From Haloferax volcanii DS2 (GTDB lineage Archaea > Halobacteriota > Halobacteria > Halobacteriales > Haloferacaceae): a stretch of 32,000 bases of DNA. The stretch is from NCBI RefSeq assembly GCF_000025685.1, contig NC_013966.1, forward strand, positions 570,001 through 602,000. Direction: 5' to 3'. Position numbers and translations under genes: made by a program. Shown in pieces: positions 8,170-16,716 of this stretch. Below the pieces are notes generated by a model. The model had not been told where the DNA came from, did not search any database, and saw only the letters and a list, made by a program, of their open reading frames with translations. Positions within the stretch are counted from its first letter, which is position 1. Each line of letters starts with the position of its first letter.

Positions 8170-8594
8170 TCCTCCGCCGAGTTCGCGGGCGCGTCCGCGA
8201 CCGGAACGACGCCGTCGACCGCGAGGTCGTTCCAGATGTCGAGGCGCTCGATGAGACCCCGGCGGACGACGTAGATATCGACGTAGCGAACGTCGGAGAA
8301 CTCCGAACCGTCGTTGGCGACGCCGTAGAGCGACCCGACGCTCACGACGGTGTCCCCCGCCTCTATCCAGCGGTCGAACTCCTTTGCCGCCCACTCGTAG
8401 CGCGGTTCGAGGTGCGCGAGGAAGTCGTAGGCCGCGGTCGGTCCCTCGAACGTCGCACCCGGCAGGGAGATGACGGCGTCCTCGGCGAACAGGTCGCCGA
8501 CGGTGTTCCGGCGGTCGTCTCCCATGCGGTCGAAGAACTCCTCGACGATGTCTCGTAGCGAGTCCATGCGGTATGGGGTGTTCTCGACACACAT
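8166..8594 (-). CDS. NTF2/SnoaL-like small protein
   Basis: 142 aa. The pattern IVEEFFDRMGDDRRNTVGDLFAEDAVISLPG...IWNDL resembles SnoaL/ketosteroid-isomerase-like folds. The start could instead be the ATG at 8567 (MDSLRD...). Confidence 0.55.
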   Translation of the reverse strand: MCVENTPYRMDSLRDIVEEFFDRMGDDRRNTVGDLFAEDAVISLPGATFEGPTAAYDFLAHLEPRYEWAAKEFDRWIEAGDTVVSVGSLYGVANDGSEFSDVRYVDIYVVRRGLIERLDIWNDLAVDGVVPVADAPANSAEE

Positions 8595-8607
8595 AGTTTT
8601 TCACTCC

Positions 8608-8634
8608 GATATTCCTGACTATCTGTTATTCCTG
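8608..8634 (-). promoter_or_regulatory. Two direct copies of CAGGAATA(T/A)C (minus-strand reading) upstream of the NTF2-like/LLM operon
   Basis: The + strand reads GATATTCCTG at 8608-8617 and GTTATTCCTG at 8625-8634. The same 10-mer, CAGGAATATC, recurs at 10339-10348 upstream of the transporter operon. Confidence 0.4.
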
Positions 8635-8679
8635 AACGTCCGAGACGGAGCGACAGCGGACGACGCAACGGCGAACGAT

Positions 8680-8707
8680 ATGCAACAGCAAGCGATGATG
8701 CAACAGC
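8680..8707. repeat. 10-nt direct repeat ATGCAACAGC (8680-8689 and 8698-8707) in the divergent control region
   Basis: Read directly. The copies are spaced 18 nt start to start. Confidence 0.85.
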
Positions 8708-8788
8708 GAGGGATTCTACTCACGCACGCACCGCTGAGACCGGCGGAATCGGGAGGTTCGTTGGGACCGCCACCGCCGGAGGCGGTAG

Positions 8789-8798
8789 TTTTACGATA
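8789..8798 (+). promoter_or_regulatory. TATA-like box TTTTACGATA, about 26 nt upstream of ATG 8819 (implies a leaderless flavoprotein mRNA)
   Basis: It is an AT-rich element at the canonical archaeal distance from the start codon, and no Shine-Dalgarno sequence is present. Confidence 0.5.
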
Positions 8799-8818
8799 GA
8801 GTCTACCTAGCAGAGTGC

Positions 8819-10252
8819 ATGGACGAACTAGCCCGGCGGACGCCGAGCGACGGCGTCGCCGAAGTCGTCTCGGTCGACGACATCGAGTGGGACATCGACA
8901 CGGACGTACTCGTCGCAGGCGGCGGGGGAACCGGCCTCGTCGCCGCGCTCGCGGCCAGCGAGAACCCCGACGTTCGCGTGACGGTGCTGGAGAAAGCGCC
9001 CGAGTGCGGCGGCAACACGTCGCTGTCGACGGGGATGGTCCCCGCGGCGGGGACGCGCCTCCAGCGCGAGGTCGGCATCGAGGAGACGCCCGCGGACATG
9101 GCCCGAGACATCTTGGAGAAAAACGACTACGAGGCCGACGAGGAGCGCGTCCAGTACCTCTGCGAGGAGAGCGCGAACCTCATCCACTGGCTCGTCGACG
9201 ACTGGGACATCACGCTCCACATCGTGGACGACTTCAAGTATCCCAAGCACTCCGAGTACCGGATGCACGCCCCGGAGGGCCGAAACGGCGAGAACCTCGT
9301 CGCCGAACTGGTCGAGCGCGTCGAGTCGACGCCGAACATCGAACTCCTGACGAACGCGCCCGTGAAGCGACTGGTCGCGGAGGACGGCGCGGTTCGGGGC
9401 GTCGTCGCCGGCCTCGGCCACGACGAGGCCATCGAAGCCGAGAAGGTCATCCTCGCCACCGACGGCTTCGCCGGCAACCGCGAGATGGTCACCGACTACT
9501 GCGAGGAGGACGTCGAGCGGGCGCTGTACTTCGGCGCGGACGGCAACACCGGCGACGGCGTCCGCTTCGGCGCGGAGTTCGGCGGCGAACTCGCCTGCAT
9601 GGACGCCTATCAGGGCCACGCGACGGTGGCGAGCCAGACGGGCGTGCTGTCGACCTACGCGGTCACGATGAACGGGGGCATCCTCGTGAACCGAGACGGC
9701 GAGCGCTTCGGCGACGAGTCCGCGGGGTACAGCGAGTTCGCCATCTCGGTGCTCAAACAGCCCGGCGAGCAGGCGATTCAGTTGTTCGACGAACGCATCT
9801 TCGAGAAGCTCCGCGGGCAGTTCGAGGACTTCGACGACGCCATCGAGCGGGGGACCTACCACACCGCCGACTCGGTCGCGGCCCTCGCGGAGCGACTCGG
9901 TGCCGACGGCGAGGCCGCCGCGGAGACGGTCGCCGCCTACAACGAGGCGGCCGCGGCGGGCGAGCCGGACGAAGTCGGTCGCGTCGACGGCGCGAGCCCG
10001 CTGGAAGCGCCCTTCTACGGGGCCAAAGTCACCGGCGCGCTCTTCCACACGCAGGGCGGCCTCGTCGTCGACGAACACGGGCGCGTCCTCCGAACCGACG
10101 GGAGCACGGTGGAGAACCTCTACGCCGGGGGCGGCACCGCCTGCGGCATCAGCGGCCACGGAGCGGGCGGCTATCTCTCCGGCAACGGGCTGACGACCGC
10201 GCTCGGCTACGGCCGCCTCGCCGGCATTCACGCCCGCGAATCGCTCGACTGA
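8819..10252 (+). CDS. FAD-dependent oxidoreductase, FAD_binding_2 type (fumarate reductase / KstD / TcuA-like flavoprotein)
   Basis: 477 aa. It has the dinucleotide fold DVLVAGGGGTGLVAALAAS...LEKAPECGGNTSLSTG and the C-terminal ENLYAGGGTACGISGHGAGGYLSGNGL typical of this family. Confidence 0.8.
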   Translation: MDELARRTPSDGVAEVVSVDDIEWDIDTDVLVAGGGGTGLVAALAASENPDVRVTVLEKAPECGGNTSLSTGMVPAAGTRLQREVGIEETPADMARDILEKNDYEADEERVQYLCEESANLIHWLVDDWDITLHIVDDFKYPKHSEYRMHAPEGRNGENLVAELVERVESTPNIELLTNAPVKRLVAEDGAVRGVVAGLGHDEAIEAEKVILATDGFAGNREMVTDYCEEDVERALYFGADGNTGDGVRFGAEFGGELACMDAYQGHATVASQTGVLSTYAVTMNGGILVNRDGERFGDESAGYSEFAISVLKQPGEQAIQLFDERIFEKLRGQFEDFDDAIERGTYHTADSVAALAERLGADGEAAAETVAAYNEAAAAGEPDEVGRVDGASPLEAPFYGAKVTGALFHTQGGLVVDEHGRVLRTDGSTVENLYAGGGTACGISGHGAGGYLSGNGLTTALGYGRLAGIHARESLD

Positions 10253-10287
10253 CGCCGCGGCGGGGTCACGGCCCCGGAGTAGAACAA

Positions 10288-10307
10288 TCGAAACGACTCG
10301 TTTTCGA
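10288..10307. promoter_or_regulatory. Imperfect palindrome TCGAAACGACTCGTTTTCGA (candidate operator, or terminator of the flavoprotein gene)
   Basis: The arms TCGAAA/TTTCGA flank a CGACTCGT core. It shares the pattern GAAC-ACTCGTT with 18094-18106. A T4 run lies within it. Confidence 0.35.
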
Positions 10308-10338
10308 CTCAATTTGCCGACCCGTACTTGATTCGTTG

Positions 10339-10348
10339 CAGGAATATC
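10339..10348 (+). promoter_or_regulatory. CAGGAATATC motif upstream of the transporter operon
   Basis: It is identical as a 10-mer to the reverse complement of 8608-8617. It lies inside an 8-bp inverted repeat, CCCGTACT (10321-10328) / AGTACGGG (10368-10375). Confidence 0.4.
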
Positions 10349-10379
10349 CACAGAACGTGACAACACGAGTACGGGAGGA

Positions 10380-10386
10380 TTTATTA
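10380..10386 (+). promoter_or_regulatory. TATA-like box TTTATTA, about 34 nt upstream of ATG 10417
   Basis: It is an AT-rich element in otherwise GC-rich sequence. Confidence 0.5.
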
Positions 10387-10416
10387 CAGTAGGCACTAAC
10401 CTCGATACCGATTGCC

Positions 10417-11724
10417 ATGGGTAAGACTCTCAAGTCTTCGACGAGCAACAGGCGACGCTTCCTCAAAGCAACGGGCGCGAGCGTCGCGGCACTGACACTG
10501 GCCGGCTGTGCGAGCGACGACGCCGGAAACGGCGGCGGGTCGGGCGGCGACTCGGGCGAGTCCGGCGGCGAGACGGGCACCGCGACGGGGACGCCCGAAC
10601 AGTCCGTCGACGAGGTCGTCATCGGGTCGAACCACCCGCTTTCGGGCAGTCTCGCCGCGACGGGCGTCGGGATGAGCAACGCCATCAAACTCGCCGCGAT
10701 GCGGAAAAACGAGGAGGGCGGCATCGAGTCGCTCGACGGCGCGGAAGTGACCGTCATCGAGGGCGACAACCAGGGCGCACAGGAGCTCGGCGGACAGGTC
10801 AGCGAGGAACTGCTCAGCGAGGGCGCGGACGTCCTCACCGGCTGTTACTCCTCGCCGGTGACGACGGCGGCGACGCAGGTCGCGGAGCGACAGGGTGTCC
10901 CGTTCGTCATCTCAATCGCGGCGGCGGACAACATCCTGCAAGGCCGCGACTTCAACTACGTCTACCGGCCCCAACCCCCGGCGCGCCGATTGGCGAGCGA
11001 CTACGCGGACCTCGTGCCGTCGGTCATCCGCGACGACGGCGGCACCATCGACACGGCGGGGCTGTTCTACATCAACAACAGCTACGGGCAGGCGATTCGC
11101 GACAGCCTCCGCGAGTTCCTCCCCGAGCAGAACGTCGAAATCGTCGAGGAGACGGCCATCGAGTTCGGCGCGTCGAACGCCAACACGCAGGTGTCGCGGC
11201 TCCGGAGCGCCGACCCCGACACCATCATCGCCACGACGTACGTCGCCGGCGGCGTCCTGCTCGCACAGGCGTTACAGGACCAGGACTACCGGCCGCCGTA
11301 CCTGACCGCCTCGGCGTCCGCGACGTTCACCGACGACGACGCCGTCAGCGACATCGGTGAGTTCGCGAACGGCGTGCTGGACAACAACTACGCGCTGAAC
11401 CCGACGGTCGACAAGACCGCCGAGGTGCGCTCGCAGTTCCTCGACAACTACGACCAGGAGTTCTCGGCGTCGGTCGGGATGTCCTACACCGCGGCCGAGG
11501 TCATCATTCAGGCGGTCGAAGAGGCCGGCAGCGTCGACCCCGACGACATCAACGAGGCGCTCATGGGGCTCAGCTACGAGGACCACATCTCCGCGATGGG
11601 CGCAATCGAGTTCGACGACCAAGGCGAGAACGTCAACGCGCTCGGGCCGGTGAACCAGGTCCAGGACCTCTCGGTCAGAGTGGTCTACCCCGAGGAGTAC
11701 GCGGAGGCCGAACCGCAGGTCTAA
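10417..11724 (+). CDS. ABC transporter substrate-binding lipoprotein (LivJ/AmiC/UrtA-type, Peripla_BP_6-like) with a Tat signal
   Basis: The twin-arginine signal plus lipobox reads SNRRRFLKATGASVAALTLAGC. A Gly/Ser/Asp-rich linker follows, then about 370 aa of type I periplasmic-binding-fold-like sequence. Confidence 0.85.
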   Translation: MGKTLKSSTSNRRRFLKATGASVAALTLAGCASDDAGNGGGSGGDSGESGGETGTATGTPEQSVDEVVIGSNHPLSGSLAATGVGMSNAIKLAAMRKNEEGGIESLDGAEVTVIEGDNQGAQELGGQVSEELLSEGADVLTGCYSSPVTTAATQVAERQGVPFVISIAAADNILQGRDFNYVYRPQPPARRLASDYADLVPSVIRDDGGTIDTAGLFYINNSYGQAIRDSLREFLPEQNVEIVEETAIEFGASNANTQVSRLRSADPDTIIATTYVAGGVLLAQALQDQDYRPPYLTASASATFTDDDAVSDIGEFANGVLDNNYALNPTVDKTAEVRSQFLDNYDQEFSASVGMSYTAAEVIIQAVEEAGSVDPDDINEALMGLSYEDHISAMGAIEFDDQGENVNALGPVNQVQDLSVRVVYPEEYAEAEPQV

Positions 11725-11818
11725 CCGCGACCCGCGACCGCCGTCACGTCAACGAACCGTCTCGAAAGATAGCCACCTTTTATGGGGGTTGCCAACAATT
11801 CCCGAGCGTAGAAACCGC

Positions 11819-12784
11819 ATGGGACACCTAGTCACATCGGTCGCGCCGCTGCCGCTCCAGGGCGGTGGCCTCGGCCGATTCATCGACCCGTTCGCACAGT
11901 TCCTGACCGACATCACCAATCTGGAGCCCGTCCTCCTGCAGCTGATCGCGTTCGGCCTCCTGCTCGGGGGCGTCTACGCGCTGACGGCGCTGGGGCTGAC
12001 GATGATATTCGGCGTGATGGACGTCATCAACTTCGCCCACGGCATCTTCCTCGTCGTCGGGATGTATTCGGTGTGGTTGGTCTCCGAGACGGCCGGCATC
12101 AGCCCGTTTCTCGGCATACCCATCGCCGCCGCGGTGCTGTTCGCCCTCGGGGTGGTCGTCCACATACTCACGGTCGAACCCATCATCGAGGCCCCCCAGC
12201 AGAACCAGCTCATCGCCACGCTGGGCGTCCTTTTCATCATCCAGTCGGCCATCGAAATCGTGTTCACGCCCGACCCCCAGCAGGTCGAACTGTCGCTCGG
12301 GTCGGTGCAGGTCGGCGACGTGTTCATCCCGCTCGGACAGTTCTACGCGCTCGTCATCGCGCTCGGGACGATGCTCGCCGTGCGGGCGTTCCTGAACCGG
12401 ACCGACCTCGGCCGGAAGATTCGCGGCACGGCCGACAACCGCGACGGCGCGCGCTACGTCGGCATCAACGTCCGCCGAATCAACTACCTCACCTTCGGCA
12501 TCGGCGCGGCGTTGGCCGGCGTGGCCGGCGGCTCCATCGCGCTGTTCCAGCGGTTCGACCCCTTCACGGGCGAGACGTACCTCATCAACGCCTTCGTCAT
12601 CGTCATCCTCGGCGGCCTCGGGTCGTTCCCCGGCGCGTTCGTCGGCGGCCTCATCGTCGGGATGATTCAGGTGTTCGGGGGCTACTACCTCCCCGGGACC
12701 ACCGCGCAGGTGCTCATCTTCCTGCTTTTCATCGGGACGCTCCTCGTCAAGCCCGAGGGCCTCTTCGGAGGTGCTGAGGCGTGA
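11819..12784 (+). CDS. Branched-chain-amino-acid-type ABC permease (LivH-like)
   Basis: It contains LLQLIAFGLLLGGVYALTALGLTMIFGVMDVINFAHG and multiple TM helices. The ATG at 11819 is preferred over the tracked TTG at 11789. A TATA-like CTTTTATG lies at 11777-11784. Confidence 0.85.
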   Translation: MGHLVTSVAPLPLQGGGLGRFIDPFAQFLTDITNLEPVLLQLIAFGLLLGGVYALTALGLTMIFGVMDVINFAHGIFLVVGMYSVWLVSETAGISPFLGIPIAAAVLFALGVVVHILTVEPIIEAPQQNQLIATLGVLFIIQSAIEIVFTPDPQQVELSLGSVQVGDVFIPLGQFYALVIALGTMLAVRAFLNRTDLGRKIRGTADNRDGARYVGINVRRINYLTFGIGAALAGVAGGSIALFQRFDPFTGETYLINAFVIVILGGLGSFPGAFVGGLIVGMIQVFGGYYLPGTTAQVLIFLLFIGTLLVKPEGLFGGAEA

Positions 12785-13857
12785 GCGCAATCGAGTCCGT
12801 CCGCGACCGCTACCGGACGTTCGACGACCAGCGGTACGCCCCGCTGGTGAAGGGCGTCGGGCTGTTCGGCCTGCTCGCGGCGCTCCCGACGATTATCGAA
12901 ATCGACGTCGCCGGGATGGAACTCGCGGCGCTGTTGAGCCTGAAAGTGCTCATCCTCACGGTCATCTACGCCTACACGGCGCAGGCGTGGAACATCATGT
13001 CCGGCTACACCGGGCAGTTCTCGTTCGGGCACGCGGCGTTCTTCGGCGTCGGCGCGTACGCCACGCAGGCGCTCGTCGTCGATTTCGCGGTGAACCCGTG
13101 GGTCGGCATGCTCGTCGGCGGCGTGATCGCGGCGGGGTACGGCCTCGTCATCGGCGCGCTGTCGTTCCGCTTCAACCTACAAGGCCACTACTTCGCGCTG
13201 GCGACGCTGGCGTTCGCGGAACTGCTCCGCTTCGTCGTCACCAACATGTCGGAGCTCCGCGGGGCCAACGGCTACTTCAAGCCGTTCCCGCGCGACTACG
13301 GCGCGGAGTACGGCCTCGTCGCCTTCCAGTTCCAGAACGACCTGCCGTACTACTACCTCATCGTCGGCTTCCTGCTCGTCGTGACGCTCGTCTCGTGGGT
13401 CATCAAGAACTCGTGGGTCGGGCTGTACTTCTTCGCCATCCGCGAGGACGAGCGGGCCGCCGCCAGCGTCGGCGTGCCGAGCTTCCGGTACAAGCTCATC
13501 GGCGTCGCCGTCAGCGCCTTCTTCACCGCCCTCGGCGGTGCCTACTGGTCGATGTACTTCAACACCATCCGCCCCGACACCGTGTTCGCGCTGTTCAAGA
13601 ACGTCGAACTGCTCCTCCCCGCCGTCGTCGGCGGCCCGGGAACGCTTTTGGGCCCCATCGTCGGCTCGTTCATCGTCACGCCGGTCAGCGAAATCGCGCG
13701 GACGACGTTCTCCGACATCAACGGCCTCGACCGCATCATCTACGGCGCGTTCCTCGTGGCCATCGTCATCTACTCGCCGCGCGGCGTCGTCAGTTGGCCG
13801 AGTCAGGCGCGCGCCCTCTGGACCCGCGTCCGCGGCGACGAGGAGGTGAGCGAGTGA
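12781..13857 (+). CDS. Branched-chain-amino-acid-type ABC permease (LivM-like)
   Basis: The GTG start overlaps the LivH-like stop (GTGA, 12781-12784). It contains AQAWNIMSGYTGQFSFGHAAFFGVGAY and multiple TM helices. Confidence 0.85.
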   Translation: MSAIESVRDRYRTFDDQRYAPLVKGVGLFGLLAALPTIIEIDVAGMELAALLSLKVLILTVIYAYTAQAWNIMSGYTGQFSFGHAAFFGVGAYATQALVVDFAVNPWVGMLVGGVIAAGYGLVIGALSFRFNLQGHYFALATLAFAELLRFVVTNMSELRGANGYFKPFPRDYGAEYGLVAFQFQNDLPYYYLIVGFLLVVTLVSWVIKNSWVGLYFFAIREDERAAASVGVPSFRYKLIGVAVSAFFTALGGAYWSMYFNTIRPDTVFALFKNVELLLPAVVGGPGTLLGPIVGSFIVTPVSEIARTTFSDINGLDRIIYGAFLVAIVIYSPRGVVSWPSQARALWTRVRGDEEVSE

Positions 13858-14648
13858 TGTCGGCAGACGAGACGAACGCGCAGAGCGTCGACGACCCGGA
13901 CGCCGACATTGACCGCGACGGCGAGCGGATTCTGTCGGTCGAGGGCGTCGGCAAGCGCTTCTCCGGCCTGCAAGCGCTCGACGACGTGGACATGACCGTC
14001 AACCGCGGCGAGATTATCGGCCTCATCGGGCCGAACGGCGCGGGCAAGACCACGCTGTTCAACTGCATCAGCGGGGCGTTCCCGCCGACGAGCGGGACCG
14101 TCAGACTCGACGGCGAGGTCATCTCCGGCCTCCCGGCGCACAAAATCGCGCGGGCGGGGCTGGCGCGGACGTTCCAAATCACGCGTCCGCTGGAGGAGCT
14201 GACCGTCGTCGAAAACGCGATGGTCGGCGCGCACATCCACACGCGCCGCCGGAGCGAGGCGCGCGAAATCGCCATGGAGAACCTCGAATTCGTCGGGCTC
14301 GCGGACAAGGCCGAGGAGGAGGCGGGCGAACTCACCGTGGGCGCACAGAAGCGCCTCGAACTCGCCCGCGCCGTCTCGACGCGGCCGGAAATCCTGCTTC
14401 TCGACGAGATTATGGCGGGTCTCACCCCGTCGGAGTCGAACCAGATGCTCGACCTGTTCCGCCAACTCCGCGAGCGCGGGACGAGCCTCCTCATCATCGA
14501 ACACGACATGAAAGCCATCATGAACATCTCGGACTACGTGAAAGTGCTTGACCAGGGGAAGGGCATCGCCTTCGGCGCGCCCGAGACGGTGGTCGAAGAC
14601 GACCGCGTCATCGAGGCCTACATCGGGGGGTTCGACGTCGATGCTTGA
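13857..14648 (+). CDS. ABC transporter ATP-binding protein (LivG-like)
   Basis: The ATG at 13857 overlaps the LivM-like stop by 1 nt (TGATG). Walker A is GPNGAGKTT and Walker B is ILLLDE. The long upstream part of tracked ORF 12771-14648 is an out-of-gene artefact. Confidence 0.9.
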   Translation: MSADETNAQSVDDPDADIDRDGERILSVEGVGKRFSGLQALDDVDMTVNRGEIIGLIGPNGAGKTTLFNCISGAFPPTSGTVRLDGEVISGLPAHKIARAGLARTFQITRPLEELTVVENAMVGAHIHTRRRSEAREIAMENLEFVGLADKAEEEAGELTVGAQKRLELARAVSTRPEILLLDEIMAGLTPSESNQMLDLFRQLRERGTSLLIIEHDMKAIMNISDYVKVLDQGKGIAFGAPETVVEDDRVIEAYIGGFDVDA

Positions 14649-15345
14649 ACTGCGCGGCGTCCGCGCCGGCTACGACGACATCGAGGTGCTCCACGGCGTC
14701 GACATGCACGTCGACGAGGGCGAAATCGTCGCGCTCATCGGCTCGAACGGCGCGGGCAAGACCACGACGATGCGCACCATCTGCGGCATCCTCTCACCGA
14801 GTCACGGCGAGATAACCTACCGCGACGAGGCGATTCACTCGAAGGCGTCCCACGAAATCGTCGAGCGCGGCATCGTGCAGGTCCCGGAGAACCGCGACCT
14901 GTTCACCAACATGACCGTCATCGACAACCTGCTTCTCGGCGCGCAGACCGAGGAGGCGAAGGCGCACCGCGAGGAGAACCTCGACGAGATGCTGGAGCTG
15001 TTCCCCCGGCTCGCGGAGCGCAAAAACCAGCGCGCCGGCACCATGTCCGGCGGAGAACAGCAGATGCTGACCCTCGCTCGTGCGCTCATGGGCGAACCCG
15101 ACCTGCTCATCCTCGACGAGCCGTCTATCGGTCTCGCGCCGCACCTCGTCCAAGAGGTGTTCGACGTCATCGAGGACATCCACGCGCAGGGCATGACGGT
15201 GCTCATGGTCGAACAGAACGTCCAGCAGACGCTCAAGCTGGCCGACCGCGGCTACGTCATGGAGAACGGCCGTATCAGCATGACCGCCGACGGCGACCAA
15301 CTCCTCGAAGACGAGGGCGTCGTCGAGGCGTACCTCGGGGTGTGA
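14641..15345 (+). CDS. ABC transporter ATP-binding protein (LivF-like)
   Basis: The ATG at 14641 gives an 8-nt overlap with the upstream gene. Walker A is GSNGAGKTT, the signature is MSGGEQQM and Walker B is LILDEPS. Confidence 0.9.
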   Translation: MLELRGVRAGYDDIEVLHGVDMHVDEGEIVALIGSNGAGKTTTMRTICGILSPSHGEITYRDEAIHSKASHEIVERGIVQVPENRDLFTNMTVIDNLLLGAQTEEAKAHREENLDEMLELFPRLAERKNQRAGTMSGGEQQMLTLARALMGEPDLLILDEPSIGLAPHLVQEVFDVIEDIHAQGMTVLMVEQNVQQTLKLADRGYVMENGRISMTADGDQLLEDEGVVEAYLGV

Positions 15346-15346
15346 G

Positions 15347-16675
15347 ATGGCCGACGAAGCGCTCGCGTCGTTCGTTTCCGACCTCGACCGGGCCGACCTT
15401 CCCGGGTCGGTCGCAAACCGCGCGTCCCTCGTCGTCGCCGACACCATCGGGGCGGTGCTGGGCGGCGCGTCGGACCCCGCGGTCGCCGCGTTAGCGCGCC
15501 GCTGGGCCGACGAGAACGGCGGCGAATCGACCGTCATGGGAACCGCGGGCGAGCGGACCACCGCGTACCGCGCCGCGTTCGTCAACGCGGCCGCCGGGAG
15601 CGTCCTCGAACTCGACGAGGGCCACCGCTTCGCGGCCGGTCACCCGGCGATTCACGTCCTGCCCGCGCTCCTCGCGGACGGCGAGTCAGCCTACCGCAGC
15701 GGCGACGAGTTCCTGACGGCGTTCGTCGCCGGCTACGAGGCGGCGGTCCGCGCCGCCGAGACGGTGGTCCCGCTCGCGGACGGTCTCCACCCGCACGGCG
15801 TGTGGGGCGGCGTCGGGACCGCCGCGGCCGTCGCCCGACTCCGCGGCCTCGACGCCGAGACGACGCTCGACGCGATGCGAATCGCGGCGAACTACGCCCA
15901 ACACACCCGGTTCGAGGCGGCCACCGAGGGCGCGACCGTCAGAAACGGCTACGTCGGGATGAGCAACCTCTCGGGGCTGCTCGCGGTCGACCAAGCCGAA
16001 TCGGGGTTCACCGGCCTCGACGACGGCGTGGCCCGACACCTCGAACCCGTCGCCGCGGACGGCCCCGACCGGAGCGCCCTCGCGGACGGCCTCGGCGAGC
16101 GCTGGGAAATCGAGCGCGGCTACTTCAAGGTCCACGCGGCCTGCCGCTACACCCACGCCGCCCTCGACGCCGCGGCGCTCCTCGTCGAGGAGACGGGCGT
16201 CGGCGCGGCCGACATCGACGCCGTCACCGTCGAGACGTACCCCGCCGCGGCGGCGCTGTCGGAGCCGGCACCACAGAACGCCTTGCAGGCGAAGTTCTCG
16301 GTTCCCTTCGCCGTCGCCTCGGCGCTGACGACCGGCGAGACCGGCAAGGAGGCGTTCACCGACGAGGCGCTGACGAAGACCGCGCTCGGGTTCGCCCGGC
16401 GCGTGGACGTGGTCGCCACCGAGGAGTTCGCGGCCCGCGCACCAGACGAGCGCGGCGCGCGCGTCACCGTCGAGACGGCCGATGGCGAGCGGTACGCCCG
16501 CGAGGTGCGCGCCGCCCGGGGCGGCGAACACGACCCCGTCACCGAATCGGAACTCCGAGCGAAGTTCGACCGACTCGTCGCGCCCGTCATCGGTGACGGC
16601 GGCGTCGACGGCCTCTGGACCGCGGCGACCGAGCCCGCCGCACCCCGCGTGCTCTGCGCCCTCACTCGGGCCTGA
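15347..16675 (+). CDS. MmgE/PrpD family protein (2-methylcitrate-dehydratase superfamily), paralogue 1
   Basis: 442 aa. The N-terminus ALASFVSDLDRADLPGSVANRASLVVADTIGAVLGGAS is typical of the family. It starts 1 nt after the LivF-like stop. Confidence 0.8.
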   Translation: MADEALASFVSDLDRADLPGSVANRASLVVADTIGAVLGGASDPAVAALARRWADENGGESTVMGTAGERTTAYRAAFVNAAAGSVLELDEGHRFAAGHPAIHVLPALLADGESAYRSGDEFLTAFVAGYEAAVRAAETVVPLADGLHPHGVWGGVGTAAAVARLRGLDAETTLDAMRIAANYAQHTRFEAATEGATVRNGYVGMSNLSGLLAVDQAESGFTGLDDGVARHLEPVAADGPDRSALADGLGERWEIERGYFKVHAACRYTHAALDAAALLVEETGVGAADIDAVTVETYPAAAALSEPAPQNALQAKFSVPFAVASALTTGETGKEAFTDEALTKTALGFARRVDVVATEEFAARAPDERGARVTVETADGERYAREVRAARGGEHDPVTESELRAKFDRLVAPVIGDGGVDGLWTAATEPAAPRVLCALTRA

Positions 16676-16688
16676 GCACCCCGACACT

Positions 16689-16715
16689 CACTGAGACCAC
16701 TGAGACCACTGAAAC
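16689..16715 (+). repeat. 9-nt tandem repeat x3 (CACTGAGAC, CACTGAGAC, CACTGAAAC), ending 1 nt before ATG 16717
   Basis: Read directly in the 41-nt spacer between the two PrpD-like genes. Confidence 0.9.
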
Positions 16716-16716
16716 C

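Noticed and set aside
12771-13856. The 5' part of tracked ORF 12771-14648 (625 aa).
   Set aside because: Only the last 263 codons (from ATG 13857) look like an ABC ATPase. The upstream part is an out-of-frame read-through of the LivM-like gene.
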